The translations under genes and the position numbers were made by a program. A DNA stretch of 63,013 nucleotides, filler included, from Trichomonas gallinae (taxonomy: Eukaryota): NCBI GenBank assembly GCA_008369845.1. It is 7 parts of 7 records of this genome, joined end to end, with 100 filler letters (N's around TTAATTAATTAA, not from the genome) between each part and the next. Parts side by side here need not be neighbours in the genome. Positions count along the whole stretch, not along the records: positions 1 to 28,095 come from MRSU01000565.1; 6 more parts are not named here. One strand, given 5' to 3'. Below are positions 11,931-24,023 of this stretch, one piece after another (the stretch's first letter is position 1; every line of letters begins with the position of its first letter). Under the pieces are notes generated by a model, which saw only the letters and a list, made by a program, of their open reading frames with translations, did no database searches and was not told the DNA's origin.

Positions 11931-12662
11931 TTAAAGGGCAACTTCGAACCTGAAAGTGTTGTCAGGCATTGGTAATGGGCTAGAATTAATGCATGGTGTG
12001 TAATCTAAATTTGTTGGAACCTCATCGAATGAAATCGATGAGTCTGAAACGAGGAGTTCTTCTTGTGGTTCAAGTAAGAATTGGCACTTTGTTTCATAAA
12101 TTGAAACTTCTTCAGATTCAAGCTTGACAAAATGGCCTGTTTCTCCCTCGAAGAAATGTGAATTGTAGAAAGAGTTATCGTGGATTCTTGAGATTGTGTC
12201 AATAACTGATTCGTCGTATGGCATTTCGATCTGTGCGATATAATCATTGATCTCTGCGAAGATCTCGTTAAGTTCTGGAAGAACCTTAACGAATGCTTGG
12301 ACAATTGGGGACGTCATGATCTTCTGAACTGTCTGGATGGCGTCGAGGAATGCATCATCTGGGATGATGTTGATATTCATGAAGATAGAAAGGACTTCGT
12401 TAACCATCCTCTTTGGAGACTGAAGGAAGATGTTGTCGAAGTCGCGGACGTAGAGGTGAAGGATGGAGCCATGGTGGACACCGATGGTGTCAAGGCTGAC
12501 CTGATCGGCGAGAATCTTTCCGTTGTAGATGAGCTTCATGTCCTTTGTTGGAACTTCGAGTTGCTTGGACATCTCGTTCTTGACTTCCCAGACGTTGAGG
12601 GGTTCCTCGAATGGGCAGTAGAACTCGTGATTAGCGTTGAACTTGATGATGTACGCTTCCAT
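11931..12662 (-). CDS. N-terminal ubiquitin-like domain protein
   Basis: VWEVKNEM..MKLIYNGKILADQVSLDTIGVHHGSILHL is a UBL signature; TCATTTTTCACT precedes the ATG. Confidence 0.85.
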   Translation of the reverse strand: MEAYIIKFNANHEFYCPFEEPLNVWEVKNEMSKQLEVPTKDMKLIYNGKILADQVSLDTIGVHHGSILHLYVRDFDNIFLQSPKRMVNEVLSIFMNINIIPDDAFLDAIQTVQKIMTSPIVQAFVKVLPELNEIFAEINDYIAQIEMPYDESVIDTISRIHDNSFYNSHFFEGETGHFVKLESEEVSIYETKCQFLLEPQEELLVSDSSISFDEVPTNLDYTPCINSSPLPMPDNTFRFEVAL

Positions 12663-15274
12663 TATCTTGCTAGAGTGAAAAATGATTTTTGAAGGCTCTT
12701 ATCAAACTTCACAAAAATAGTCTCAAACGTTGAGAAATAATGTTGCTCCATATGCAGAAACAAGCAAGATTAACCAAAGAATTTGCATTATAGTTCTTTT
12801 GTGAAGGAAAAAATGGTTCTCAAAAATGTCTTGATTTTTGTATGAAACCGTTTTTTATACTAGGAATAATTCTTTAGATTCAGGTTGATAAGCATGCTGT
12901 ATGCACCATGTGTCCATAAGTGCAATAACTTCACAATTAATTCTATACTTCTGAAAACTAAATCATATTATAGACACAGGGTTCATAATATACCTAATTA
13001 GCTCGTATATCAAGAAATTTAGCATTGTTTAGACATTGAGTACTCAATTCAAAATTCTATTACATAACAAATTTCTTATGGTTGTGTATAATTAATTAGA
13101 TTTGGTTCTCGATATGTACCAAATTGCTGTTGCCAATTGATTTTTTTGATTTTTGTATGCATCCTTCAATTTCTTCAAATCCCCATTAACATGATCACGA
13201 ATAAATATGGATTAAGTACATGCTCAATAGCATTATTTCGCATTTAAAACTAATTGTTATAAACTTAACCTCTCAAACGAACGTCACATATATGATCTAT
13301 ATACGTATCTCATCCCAAATACTATAAATTCATTTTTGATGAATTCTAAAAAATTCAATCCATTTTTCGTATTCGTTATCATCGTTTGCATTCAATCCAA
13401 TTATTTTCCCGCAAACACGATAATTCATCATTTCCTATGATTACCAGTGACAGTCTCATTTTTTTTGAAAATAAACACTTCTACTCTTCACAATTATTTT
13501 ATCGGTGCGGTTTTCTGATCAAACATGATCAGATATCATAACTAAATCAAATTCATTTTATTTTCATTTTCAATCTCTTCTCAATTTAACTAGAATTTTG
13601 TAAGCATTTGGCTATATTCTACATATTTTTAAACATTTTCATTTTTAAAATTTCACTAATGAATATTGTTTCAATCTAAACACAATTTCGATTAATTTCT
13701 AATACTGCTATATAGTCTACATATATCTATTTCCACGCTAGACACACATAACGGTTTCGGCAGCTTTTTGCTATCTTTCTGTCTATAGCACCTTTTTCAT
13801 TCAATCTTTATTGCATGAGTTTAAGCCTAATTCTTTTAATTTCGATTATGCACACGTTTTCTAATGATTGTTTCACCTCGAGTTTGTTAGCAAATATTGA
13901 CTCTCAAAATTACCTTTATACTTTTAAATGCAACACGTTATAGGTCAACGTTCTGTTCGTTTTACATATCCATATTATTGGCATTTCGCAAGTTTTCATT
14001 AATGAAAAGATTATTCCAACGACATTATTATGCAGCGTGTTTTCTCATCAATAACACATCCACATATGATTAAAAGATCAATACTGCAAAAAGAAAATGA
14101 AATTTGCGATTAAATAATGATATTGTCAATCAAATACATTTGAAGATTCGTTTTTGGAGCTCCACACTCATCCTATCTGTTAGATGTCTATATTATAGTC
14201 TATATTTCTATCAACAAGACATAAATTCCAATGACCCAAAAAGTTAAAAATAATCTGAGTGGATTATTGTTAAACCGAAATATTTTAATCTATAAACAAT
14301 CTTGCGATTTATAACTATTTCTTGATAAAAACACATTGATATACAGATTATTATGAAATCATGCGTGCATTTGCTCATTTACTTCTATCTTATTATTTAT
14401 AACATTGTACATATCCTACATATCGACATTAAAGGTCAGTATTCATACATTTTTATATTTGCATATTTATTATCTGAGTAAACTGGATGATTCTTCTGCA
14501 CCATATGCACTTCAATGCATTAAATTATTCATCATGTGCTTAAAACCAATTCGATGAAATTGGCTGCTGAATCTGCATTTTTCTGCTATTAAGAAGAAGA
14601 CCGTGTTCACACTACAGGATACGATTATATAAGTGTGTAGAATGCATTTTCCTAATAATAGACTTTCAAAACAGCTTCACAACAGACAACAGTTAATGAT
14701 CTATTTATTGTTAAAATCTGAGACATATACCATTTTGTGCAACCATTTAATGAGCTAGACATTGAAACAAAATTTCGATCTAAATCAATTTTCTAATTTC
14801 CACATCTTTCATCTAAAATCAGATTTATTAGAGCCACATTCTCACATATATATATTGGATATTTGTAAAGCGCCATTTTTGATAGATGAGAAGATAAAAT
14901 TTGAATAACTTCAGAACCTCATTTTGAAGAATAAAGATCTGATCACTAAGACATATAATGGATAGTTTAATGACATCTTAACATAAATAAGCTTAGAACT
15001 CAAAAATTTATTTCCAAAAAAAAATTATTTTCCTCATATTAATAATAGGAGCTATCCTCAGTTTTAGATTAGTGATAAAATAACTTTCAACTATCAATCA
15101 ATGACTTTTATCAAGAACTGAAAAAGATTTTATCAAAAAATAGTTTCCATTCTGTATATAAGGTTCATTACCACTTTAAATCGATGCCATTCAAGTTCCT
15201 GAGTATGTCTGTAAGAGTGTTTTAGTTCTGTTTCAGTTGCAAAAAAATGATGATATAATAACGTATTTTTATTA

Positions 15275-16234
15275 ATGGATTTATCAGAAGCTCTTCCGAT
15301 CTCAGAAACAATAACACGCCTCTCTTCACCACACGAGGAGAAGCAGGACACTCCAGAAGAGCCGACAGAAATCGATCTCGAGCAATTAAAAGAGAAAGGA
15401 ATGAAAGAAGTTGAAAATGAAAAGCGCAGAGATGAAGAAAGAATAAGAAAAGAAATCAAAAGCCAAAAGAAATACGGAAAAGTTAGCGAATCTTTCGTAA
15501 GAAAGTCCAAAGAGTTCGTTGAATTTACTAAAACGCCAATGTGCGATCAGATGATCATGGCATCCATTTATTACGTGTCATCATCAATGGCCCTGACAAT
15601 TGGACCAGAGCTTGATGATGATGAGAGAGCAGAACAAGAAGAAATTCAATCAGATTCATACCAAATCTTATCATCGCTTTATTGCCAACTCCTTATGTCT
15701 CCAATTTCATCAAACTTACCAGTTCGAACAGAAAGAATCTTCTATGAAACTTTAATTTTTTATCTTGATGCTTGCATCACATTTGCTATCCATACAGCAC
15801 CTCCAGAGATGATCATTGAGCTCATGGGTAACGTTTTCCGTGGTGGAATTAAGGATCCACAGTCACAGACTCAAGTTGAATTTCTTCCTATCACAGAAAT
15901 CGTTAAAAAACACTGGCTTTCGCAAAGAGTTCCAGGCAAGAATCGAGCTACCATCAAACATTCAACTTTACGCGGAAATACAAAATTAGTCGAATCATTA
16001 GTTGAAACGACGCAAGATTATTCCAAGTTCAATCCAAAGGATAGAAGTGTCCCAGTCAAACAACAGAAGAAATGGGATAATGATGGTTTCCCGATCGAGA
16101 CAAGAGTTCCATTTAGAGAGAAAAAGATTCCAATTAATCATTTAGTCGTTATTCCTCAACCTAAGCCGACATCAGAGCCTATTAGTACTGTTGTCACTAG
16201 AGAAGGAACGCCTAGAAAAGCTGAAGGTCAATAA
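15275..16234 (+). CDS. Hypothetical protein, possibly PPP1R36-like (PP1 inhibitor domain)
   Basis: 319-aa ORF; LSSLYCQLL..ERIFYETL..IIELMGNVFR resembles the PPP1R36 core as recalled. Confidence 0.55.
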   Translation: MDLSEALPISETITRLSSPHEEKQDTPEEPTEIDLEQLKEKGMKEVENEKRRDEERIRKEIKSQKKYGKVSESFVRKSKEFVEFTKTPMCDQMIMASIYYVSSSMALTIGPELDDDERAEQEEIQSDSYQILSSLYCQLLMSPISSNLPVRTERIFYETLIFYLDACITFAIHTAPPEMIIELMGNVFRGGIKDPQSQTQVEFLPITEIVKKHWLSQRVPGKNRATIKHSTLRGNTKLVESLVETTQDYSKFNPKDRSVPVKQQKKWDNDGFPIETRVPFREKKIPINHLVVIPQPKPTSEPISTVVTREGTPRKAEGQ

Positions 16235-16717
16235 TTTTATTATTTTATTTTGTTTTGGTTTGTGCACTGCATATTTATACTATAAAATTGCTTATCTATT
16301 TATTTTATCATTTTACACTAAAATAATCATCATTTTATTGCTAGATCTGGTGATAGTTGACTTGCAACAAAAACTTCATTTTTCTCTGAAAATAACCGAT
16401 ATTTTTATATATTATATAAACAAATATGTGTAGTATATACTTATCTATATAATTTCCGTTTTTGTGGGCAGAAACAACTGATAGATTTCTTAAAAATTTC
16501 AAATATTGATACCGGGCGGCATAAAATTTCCAAAAATTATTTATTTTTTAATATTACACTGTGATATATTCTATTAAATGTATTTTTCATGATATTTTTG
16601 ATAAATTTGATTTTCATTAAGATTGAATTGGTTCATCGTTAAATCTTCAAAATAAGCTGATTTAGGTTTGCAAAAGCCAAAAATGCATGGTTCGGCTGTT
16701 TATTCGATTTTATTTTT

Positions 16718-18574
16718 ATGAGTGAAAATTCAAATGTTAGTCTTGCTGCTATGCCTCGAAACTCGTCGTCTTCGTTCATCGAAGGCGTCGATATTGATGG
16801 AAATGCAGTAAACCTCTCCGTTAAGAGCCCAAAGCGTCGAGATTCAATTTTATCTCCATTAGATAGTCCAAAAAAATCAAAATTAGTGGAGCATAAAATT
16901 CCGGTTAAGGAAATGTTACGTTTTAAATCTCCAAATGAGATCACACTCTATGAAATTGCTGATGACAATGATTTGAAAGTCGTTGTCGACAAAAAGAAGA
17001 GCTTGTATAAAGCTAGGAAGCAGAAAGCAATTGATCCATTCAACATTCGCGTCGAAAAAATTACAGATTTACAATTTAGTTATAATTTCGAGCTTTTCAA
17101 CGATTTTAGCCGCATCCCAGAATTCACAAAGCTCAGGTATATAGATTTGAGCCCACAAAAGAACTTCTCCGAACAACAGCTTCAAAGCTACTTAAATATT
17201 TTCGAGCACAAAGACGGCCACAATCTTATTCCACGCTGCTTGGCTGAGTGCAAACAACTCAAACAGATCGTTTGTACGGGCTGTAATTGTGATCACGACG
17301 TCGAAGGACAAATTTTCTTGATAAAATCGCTTCCAAAGCTTATACAATTCAATGTTAACGCTTTGGCAACGGAAGAAGACAAGAAATGCTGGAGAAAGGT
17401 TATTTATGCGATTAAAGGAAAATTACTTGCGTTCAACGATAAATTGCGCGTTCTTGATGTTCCTCTCTGCAGAAAATACATCGTCGAAGTAATCAGCGAT
17501 TGCTCTAACGCAATTATCGATGAAAAATCAAATGATGCAGAAAAAGCTGTTGAAGCTTGCAAGGTTGAGAAGATAGAAATCCCAGATTGGCTTGACATCA
17601 AATTCGCTCTTCATCCTGAAAATATGTCTGAATTAAACACAGTCACCGAGATGGACATGTCAGGCCTTGGATTAGACAACGTCAACCTTTCCAACTTCGT
17701 TGGCCATGACCTCAGATCGCAGTTAATTAAGCTTAATCTTGAAAACAACGAATTGGTTCAGCCATTCTCAGAATCAGAGCTGAAGAACCCAGACGAAGAC
17801 ATCAGCTGGATGTTACCCAACTTGAAAGTTCTCAACCTCAGAAAGAACAAAATCCTTTCATCAGATGCAGCAATTCCATTTGTTGCTCCTTGCGTCAATC
17901 TTAAACATGTTTTGATCGAAGAGCAACAGTACATGAAGGAGTCGATCAACGAATACAGAGTTGGCCTTATTGCCGGAATTTTGGATATTTTCCAAAATTA
18001 TATCAAAAGAGAATGCATCGATGGCAATAATCTTAACATCAACAAGTTCCTCGACATCTTTCAACTTCGCATAATCGATAACAAATGGATTATGCCTTCA
18101 GAATTTTTCTTCGCATTCAACAGAGTCGGATATACAAGCGAATTAGTATTTGATCCATCAATGTTTAAGCTGAAGCTTGCCGGGTCACGTGCTTCCAATG
18201 AAGAAGTCCTTGATCTTTCATGCGCAGAACTTGATTTCGACGATGATAAGAATTTCGACGCCATTTTCGATCTCAGTGAGAGCTTAAGAAAGCTCAATCT
18301 CTCACACAATCAGCTCACAGCAGATTCTTTGATGCAGATAAGAACTCAATATTTGCTTTATGTTGACGACGTCGATCTTTCTGATAATAAGATCGGCGAT
18401 AATGAGGTCGAGCTACTCAATCTCTTCCTCGATCAGTGTCCAAACCTTGAATCGGTCAACATTGCAGATAATCCTGTAAATAGTGGCAATGGAAAGTTCT
18501 TTGTCGACAGATGCAGACTACCAAGCATCAAAAATGTTAATGGAAGATCCAGATATAACTCATTCAAAATTTAA
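16718..18574 (+). CDS. Leucine-rich repeat protein
   Basis: LxxLNLxxN units: LIKLNLENNEL, LKVLNLRKNKI, LRKLNLSHNQL, VDLSDNKI, VNIADNPV. Confidence 0.85.
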   Translation: MSENSNVSLAAMPRNSSSSFIEGVDIDGNAVNLSVKSPKRRDSILSPLDSPKKSKLVEHKIPVKEMLRFKSPNEITLYEIADDNDLKVVVDKKKSLYKARKQKAIDPFNIRVEKITDLQFSYNFELFNDFSRIPEFTKLRYIDLSPQKNFSEQQLQSYLNIFEHKDGHNLIPRCLAECKQLKQIVCTGCNCDHDVEGQIFLIKSLPKLIQFNVNALATEEDKKCWRKVIYAIKGKLLAFNDKLRVLDVPLCRKYIVEVISDCSNAIIDEKSNDAEKAVEACKVEKIEIPDWLDIKFALHPENMSELNTVTEMDMSGLGLDNVNLSNFVGHDLRSQLIKLNLENNELVQPFSESELKNPDEDISWMLPNLKVLNLRKNKILSSDAAIPFVAPCVNLKHVLIEEQQYMKESINEYRVGLIAGILDIFQNYIKRECIDGNNLNINKFLDIFQLRIIDNKWIMPSEFFFAFNRVGYTSELVFDPSMFKLKLAGSRASNEEVLDLSCAELDFDDDKNFDAIFDLSESLRKLNLSHNQLTADSLMQIRTQYLLYVDDVDLSDNKIGDNEVELLNLFLDQCPNLESVNIADNPVNSGNGKFFVDRCRLPSIKNVNGRSRYNSFKI

Positions 18575-18889
18575 CCATGATATTTTTATAATAAACAAAA
18601 ATTTATTATGTATTCTTTTTCAGCATATAGATTTCAAATCTACACAGCTAAAATTTGACAATAAATATATTAACAATGATGATTATCGATAAAGAATGAA
18701 AAAAATAAATTCTTTGAGAAATATATGATTAAAGGCAAAGTTATAAACACATTGGGTATATGATTTCCAACATTCTAATAAGGTAAATTCGATATTTTGA
18801 TCTGTTTTGGAAATTTTATGAAATTTATTCACACGAAGTAAAAAATCTATTCTCTTACATAAATCAACCATGATTTACCTATACTACTT

Positions 18890-19276
18890 CTATGTTAATG
18901 GAATCTGGGTGATTTCACCTACTTGTAATGGCAGCCATGAAGCCTTCTTTTCTTTTTTGTGAAATGTCTATTCTCTACTGCGACATATTTTAGAGCATAC
19001 TACTTTGGATCTAGAGACGTTCCTTGGTAAACACTCGCTATTCCCATCTTTGTCAAAATAAACAAATGTTCCATTCACATAATATATCTTATCTATATGA
19101 CCATTTCCATCATATTGTATGCGATTACCATCTTCATCATACTCATATCTTGTATACAACATTGTCTCAGATGATTCATTTTCATATATAGTGTTAAGCT
19201 CAATCTTTATGATAATAAGATGCAGAATATAGTCTCTTCGACTGCAATAATGATAGAAGCAGTAGAAGCATAGTAT
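18890..19276 (-). pseudogene. Possible decayed gene for a secreted protein
   Basis: Signal-like MLLLLLSLLQSK, a frameshift, then ELNTIYENESSETMLYTRYEYDEDGNRIQY, an in-frame TAG and further coding-like sequence. Confidence 0.3.
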
Positions 19277-20520
19277 ATGGCAGATTGTAGAGTCCTTTCT
19301 TTGAGTGTCAAAATGCCAAATATTTGTCAGTCGATAGTATTCGCTTGTTCACAAGTAATAGTTAAACAGACTGTTTAGAATAACAAGCTGACATGTTAAA
19401 TAATGATACTTTTGATCGTCCTGCTTGCAAGAGAAATTTGAACATTGGTTTTTGAACTGAAGATTTTTAAGAGTGAAAATACATATTAATAATATTGTTA
19501 ACAGTAGTATATTCTATTTAATATCATTTAATTACCAATAATGGAAAATTACAAATTGAAAAAAATTTCACTGACATTACTCAAGGTTATTATGATAAAC
19601 CGCATTAGTAGAGCATTAAGTAGTAGAATATTTGATTATCGAGAGATTTCGAGTAATATTTCTGGAATAGAAATTTCGTTATTAAGTTGAAATATCTTCA
19701 TTAATTTTATATATGAGGTGCTTATATAGAATAACAAAGTGTAATAAAATTTTAATAACATATTTAGTGATGATTAAAAGTGCCATTATTCGTAAATCGC
19801 TCAATCAATATAATTAATAAAATAAATACTAAATATGATAAGGAAGATTTGTCCTATAATTCTTTCAAATTTTATGTTAGATGTATTTTATTTGTTCATT
19901 CACTATTTTTGCATATTTATGCAGGAAATAGTTTTAAGACGATGTTCATGAAAAATAATTTATTCAAAAAAATCAAGCAAAAAACATAAAATGATATAAT
20001 ATCATTATAGTATAAAATAAAAGAATAATCCAGTTTGGAACGAGAAACTTTAGATTGTGATCGATTAATCAAATAAAATACAATTTCAGAGTACAGTTTT
20101 GAAAACATCATTATTTTTTAAGTGTAAAATAATCGTCCAACGAAACCAACTATACGATGTCTATATCTAATAGGATAAAATAAAATTTTTAAGTTACCAA
20201 TTACGATGAAATTGTGAGAGGGAAATTTACTTCATGAATGAAATACTCTTCTAACTATATAGAGCAATATTATTTAGTTTATTTTGGCTGGTGAATAGAT
20301 AGCTTTTCAAAAAGTAAATCAATACGCTCTCAAAACTGCAGCTATCCTATTTTTCGATGGAAAAATGATCCATATATGTCATAAATAACTAATTGTTTAT
20401 ATCAAAATTTCCCAAAGTAAAATTTTCGTTTGACAAAAAATGCTTTACTAGTAAAGTTAAACAAAATCCAAAAAGTTTGGACTTATTGAAATTTTACATT
20501 TTTGAATTCATTATTTTCAA

Positions 20521-20889
20521 ATGTTTCTCATAGAGGTTAACACTACTGGAGTCCTTAAGATGTTACACTACGTAGACTGGACTTCCCCATTCATGGTAAG
20601 TCTCATCACAACAATGATTATCCTTACAATTGTTGCTTGTTTTTCGGCATATTATCGGAAAACACGTGGCTACTTAATGATGTTTATTGCCGCTCTCGCA
20701 GTTTCATCCGACCTTGTTACAGAGATTTTTGTTGATAACTACGAGCTTTTTGGACTTTCTCCAAAACTTCTCAGTGATAACAACTACTTCACACGCATTT
20801 TCTGGACAATTCCAACAGTCATAATGATCTGCATCCTTTCCACATCATTGGCTGTGGATGTTTACCAGTATTCCACAAAGTCCGAATAA
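20521..20889 (+). CDS. TMEM18-like small membrane protein
   Basis: VDWTSPF N-terminal motif, three hydrophobic segments, NYELF..NYF..IFWTIP; TCATT just upstream. Confidence 0.6.
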   Translation: MFLIEVNTTGVLKMLHYVDWTSPFMVSLITTMIILTIVACFSAYYRKTRGYLMMFIAALAVSSDLVTEIFVDNYELFGLSPKLLSDNNYFTRIFWTIPTVIMICILSTSLAVDVYQYSTKSE

Positions 20890-21619
20890 GCTGTTTATAT
20901 TAAATTCTATCTGTTTGTATTGATATAGTAGTTTTAGTACTATTTTTATCGATTGTTAAACACCTTTAGTATTATACATCAAATTTTTCCAATTTTTATG
21001 CATATATATGCATATACTGGCATATATGCCAGTATTTTCCACTCGATCAAATTAATATATAAGTCTATAGTTCGTTTTTACCAAGTAGAGCTGGCAGAAT
21101 TATATTTTATAGTTTGATAGTTTTAATTGAAAGAAGTTGGACCACAGGATGAAAATAATTTAATGAATACAATACTAATAGTCTAAAACAGGAGAGGAAG
21201 CCACTGGAGTTCCATTTTAATGACTTGAATTTTTGAATAGTTTGGAAAATTGCATATTAGGCCTTTAGACATGAATTATACGTCGTTAAATTTTGTATGT
21301 AGTGCAGATCAAAGGAAGAATCGATTTTATATGCAGAAATTTTACCAATAAAAAAATAACATTTTATATCCATAATCTACCCGAAAACCATAATACATAC
21401 AATTAATAGATTTAATTTTTCAGCTGAAAACCATATCACACCGATGGCAATAAACAATGAAAACAGTCATCTACAATGATGACGCTTTATTTTTGTAGAA
21501 TACGTATTCATATCCAAATAGAAGCTTGAGTAATAAATCCTAGCTTGTATTAACGACATTTTTCATGACTTTTGACGAAATCATAATTTGAAAAAAATCG
21601 TCACTTTTTTGATGTGCAC

Positions 21620-22246
21620 ATGAATAACCTTATTATGTCTGCTATAGTTATCAGAAGCGAGTTCTGGAACAATCCAATTGTGCAGTACTTAAAGAATAGG
21701 GTGCCTAAAACAGTCTCATTTAGGGAGTCAAAAGGAATATTGGTTGATATTTTGGTTCCTTTTTGCAATTCGATTTCTTTCTATGTGGTTGATGCGAAAG
21801 ACATTAGCAACTCGACATTTGATAGTTTGAATCGCATGGCATCATCATTCAAATCTATTACAGTCATTGTTAAAACTGATCCTGAATATATGCCAAATTA
21901 TCTTAACTTAATGTCACAAGCACCACTAAACATCTCATGTATCACATATTTTCCATCAAAGCACTTCGATAAATCGTGCGCTATTCTTATTTGGAATATC
22001 ATTGAGAATTCTCCGGTTGCTCAAAGAAATATGACAAGCATCATTGAAGAAAGAAGGAGAATACTAATGAATCCAACAGAAACAGCGCGTGCAGTAATCG
22101 AAAAGTTAATCCAAGATGAAGAAAAGAAATTACAGTTAATGGGAATGCTTTCACAAAAAGGTATGACTCTTCGCACAGTCCTTTTGCAAGGAGTACCCGA
22201 ACTTTTCGAATGCAATTTCTTACTTGAGCCAACTCAGCAGCAGTAA
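21620..22246 (+). CDS. ERCC1-fold (inactive XPF-family) protein, SPO16/FAAP24/PTD-like
   Basis: IVIRSEFWNNPIVQYLKN..VDILV..ISFYVVD pattern parallels the ERCC1/FAAP24/SPO16 central domain; GTCACTTT at 21600; alternative ATG at 21635. Confidence 0.55.
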   Translation: MNNLIMSAIVIRSEFWNNPIVQYLKNRVPKTVSFRESKGILVDILVPFCNSISFYVVDAKDISNSTFDSLNRMASSFKSITVIVKTDPEYMPNYLNLMSQAPLNISCITYFPSKHFDKSCAILIWNIIENSPVAQRNMTSIIEERRRILMNPTETARAVIEKLIQDEEKKLQLMGMLSQKGMTLRTVLLQGVPELFECNFLLEPTQQQ

Positions 22247-22706
22247 TTTCGTATTTGTCATAAATTTCTTGAACAAAATCAAAGAGTTAAAGTTTTGATT
22301 CCATTTCTCAACTAAATTTTATTTCATTCGAATATTCTATGATAACAACTGATGATAGCAAAATATTTGAGAATTAACTGTATGTGGCTTAATATTCTGC
22401 TGGAATTGCAGACATTAATACTTATTTGCTGCTGATTTGAACAATATATTTTTTGTCAAATAAATATTTTTTTGACATGTAAATATATTTTTGAAAAATC
22501 AAAAATAATATGAAAAATATGCTACTCATGTGCTATATGTTCATATTATATAATTTTTAGTATTTTGATGTATGATATCTTGATTTTTAGTTATTATTTT
22601 CCTAATTTTACTCGATGAACAATGAATATAAGGCAAAAGCAATCTAAATACGAAATGCTCAATGTAAGTAAAAAAATAACTCAAAGCGTTTTTTTTTTTC
22701 ATAAAA

Positions 22707-23162
22707 ATGGAGGCAGTTGATGTATTGACACCAAAGAAGATCGAAGAGCTTAGGAAATGCTTCAATGACAACGACACAGACTCAACAGGTCAGTTGGAAA
22801 TCCAATTGATCGAACAAACGCTCAAAGCGGCTGGCGCAAATCCGACAAAAGATGAAGTGCAAGATATTCTCTACGATGTTAGTGGAAGTAATACTATATC
22901 GTTTAACACATTCTGCTACATATATTTCCATCTCACACGCGGACATTCAGTTCAAGAAGATTTGATTTCAAGCTTCAGAGCATTAGATCTCTCAGGAGAT
23001 GGAAAGATCAAGTATGATCTCTTCATGAAGACTATTGATTCAATGGCAAGACCATTAAGCGACAAAGAGAAGTTAAATATCACAAAACACTTAAAGCAAG
23101 ATAATGGTTTTGTAGATTATGCAGAGGGTGTTAAACTTCTCACAGGCTATTGGGAGGAGTAA
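22707..23162 (+). CDS. Calmodulin/centrin-like EF-hand protein
   Basis: ELRKCFNDNDTDSTGQL, GANPTKDEVQDI, FRALDLSGDGKI, DNGFVDYAE. Confidence 0.9.
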   Translation: MEAVDVLTPKKIEELRKCFNDNDTDSTGQLEIQLIEQTLKAAGANPTKDEVQDILYDVSGSNTISFNTFCYIYFHLTRGHSVQEDLISSFRALDLSGDGKIKYDLFMKTIDSMARPLSDKEKLNITKHLKQDNGFVDYAEGVKLLTGYWEE

Positions 23163-24023
23163 CTTTAATTTTCTTTTTGTTTTTTATATTTTTCAGGAAC
23201 AACAGTCGGCTACACGTATTCTGATAAACTATCGACTTTTATCAAATTTACACATACTCAATCACTCCAACTCAAAAATATAATTTTGAAATTATATTAT
23301 ATATAGATATTACAAAACGCAATATAAATATTGCTTCACTCTCCTACATATATAATAATTTTAATATAAAATTCAAATCATAGAAAAATATCTAAAATTC
23401 AAGATTAGTTTTTTGTTTTCAAGGATATATCTATCAAAAAACGATTTAATTAGTAAAGTGTAACAGAGTTTATAGCTTGTTATAAAGAAATATATATTCA
23501 ATGAAAAAAATTGTAATTGATTGAGCACAAATATTATGATTTATATAGAGTGATCTCATGATATATTATTTGTGGCATATAATAGAAGATTATATCAAAA
23601 TATAACAAGTCAATAATTATTATTATATCATGGCATCAATTTTGAAATTAACAAATAATAATTATTTCATACATTTTTAGAAAGAAATACGCTTATAACA
23701 TGATAAAATAGTTATTGCATGGCTTAAAATAAATCATCGACTTACGAAATCATTTTTTATAAAATTTTGTAAATAATATTAATGACACTTTTTAAATTAA
23801 TAATTTTGAAAATAATATTATCTATAAGATAATATATAGTAAAAGACTATCGTTAAAAGTGACAAAACAATCACTTTTCTATCAAAAGTCTTTATACGTT
23901 AAAAAACGTGACACTGCTAAAATAAAAATGCCGATAGAATTTTGTCTTTGCAGATATAGAATATAGATCATATGCAAAAGCCAAATTTCTTGTTAAAATT
24001 ATTTTTTTTTTCTTGGTTGTTAG

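Noticed and set aside
12297..12692. 131-aa antisense ORF over the UBL gene (similar cases at 40123 and 48458)
   Set aside because: Explained by C-ending codon bias on the sense strand; no recognisable motifs
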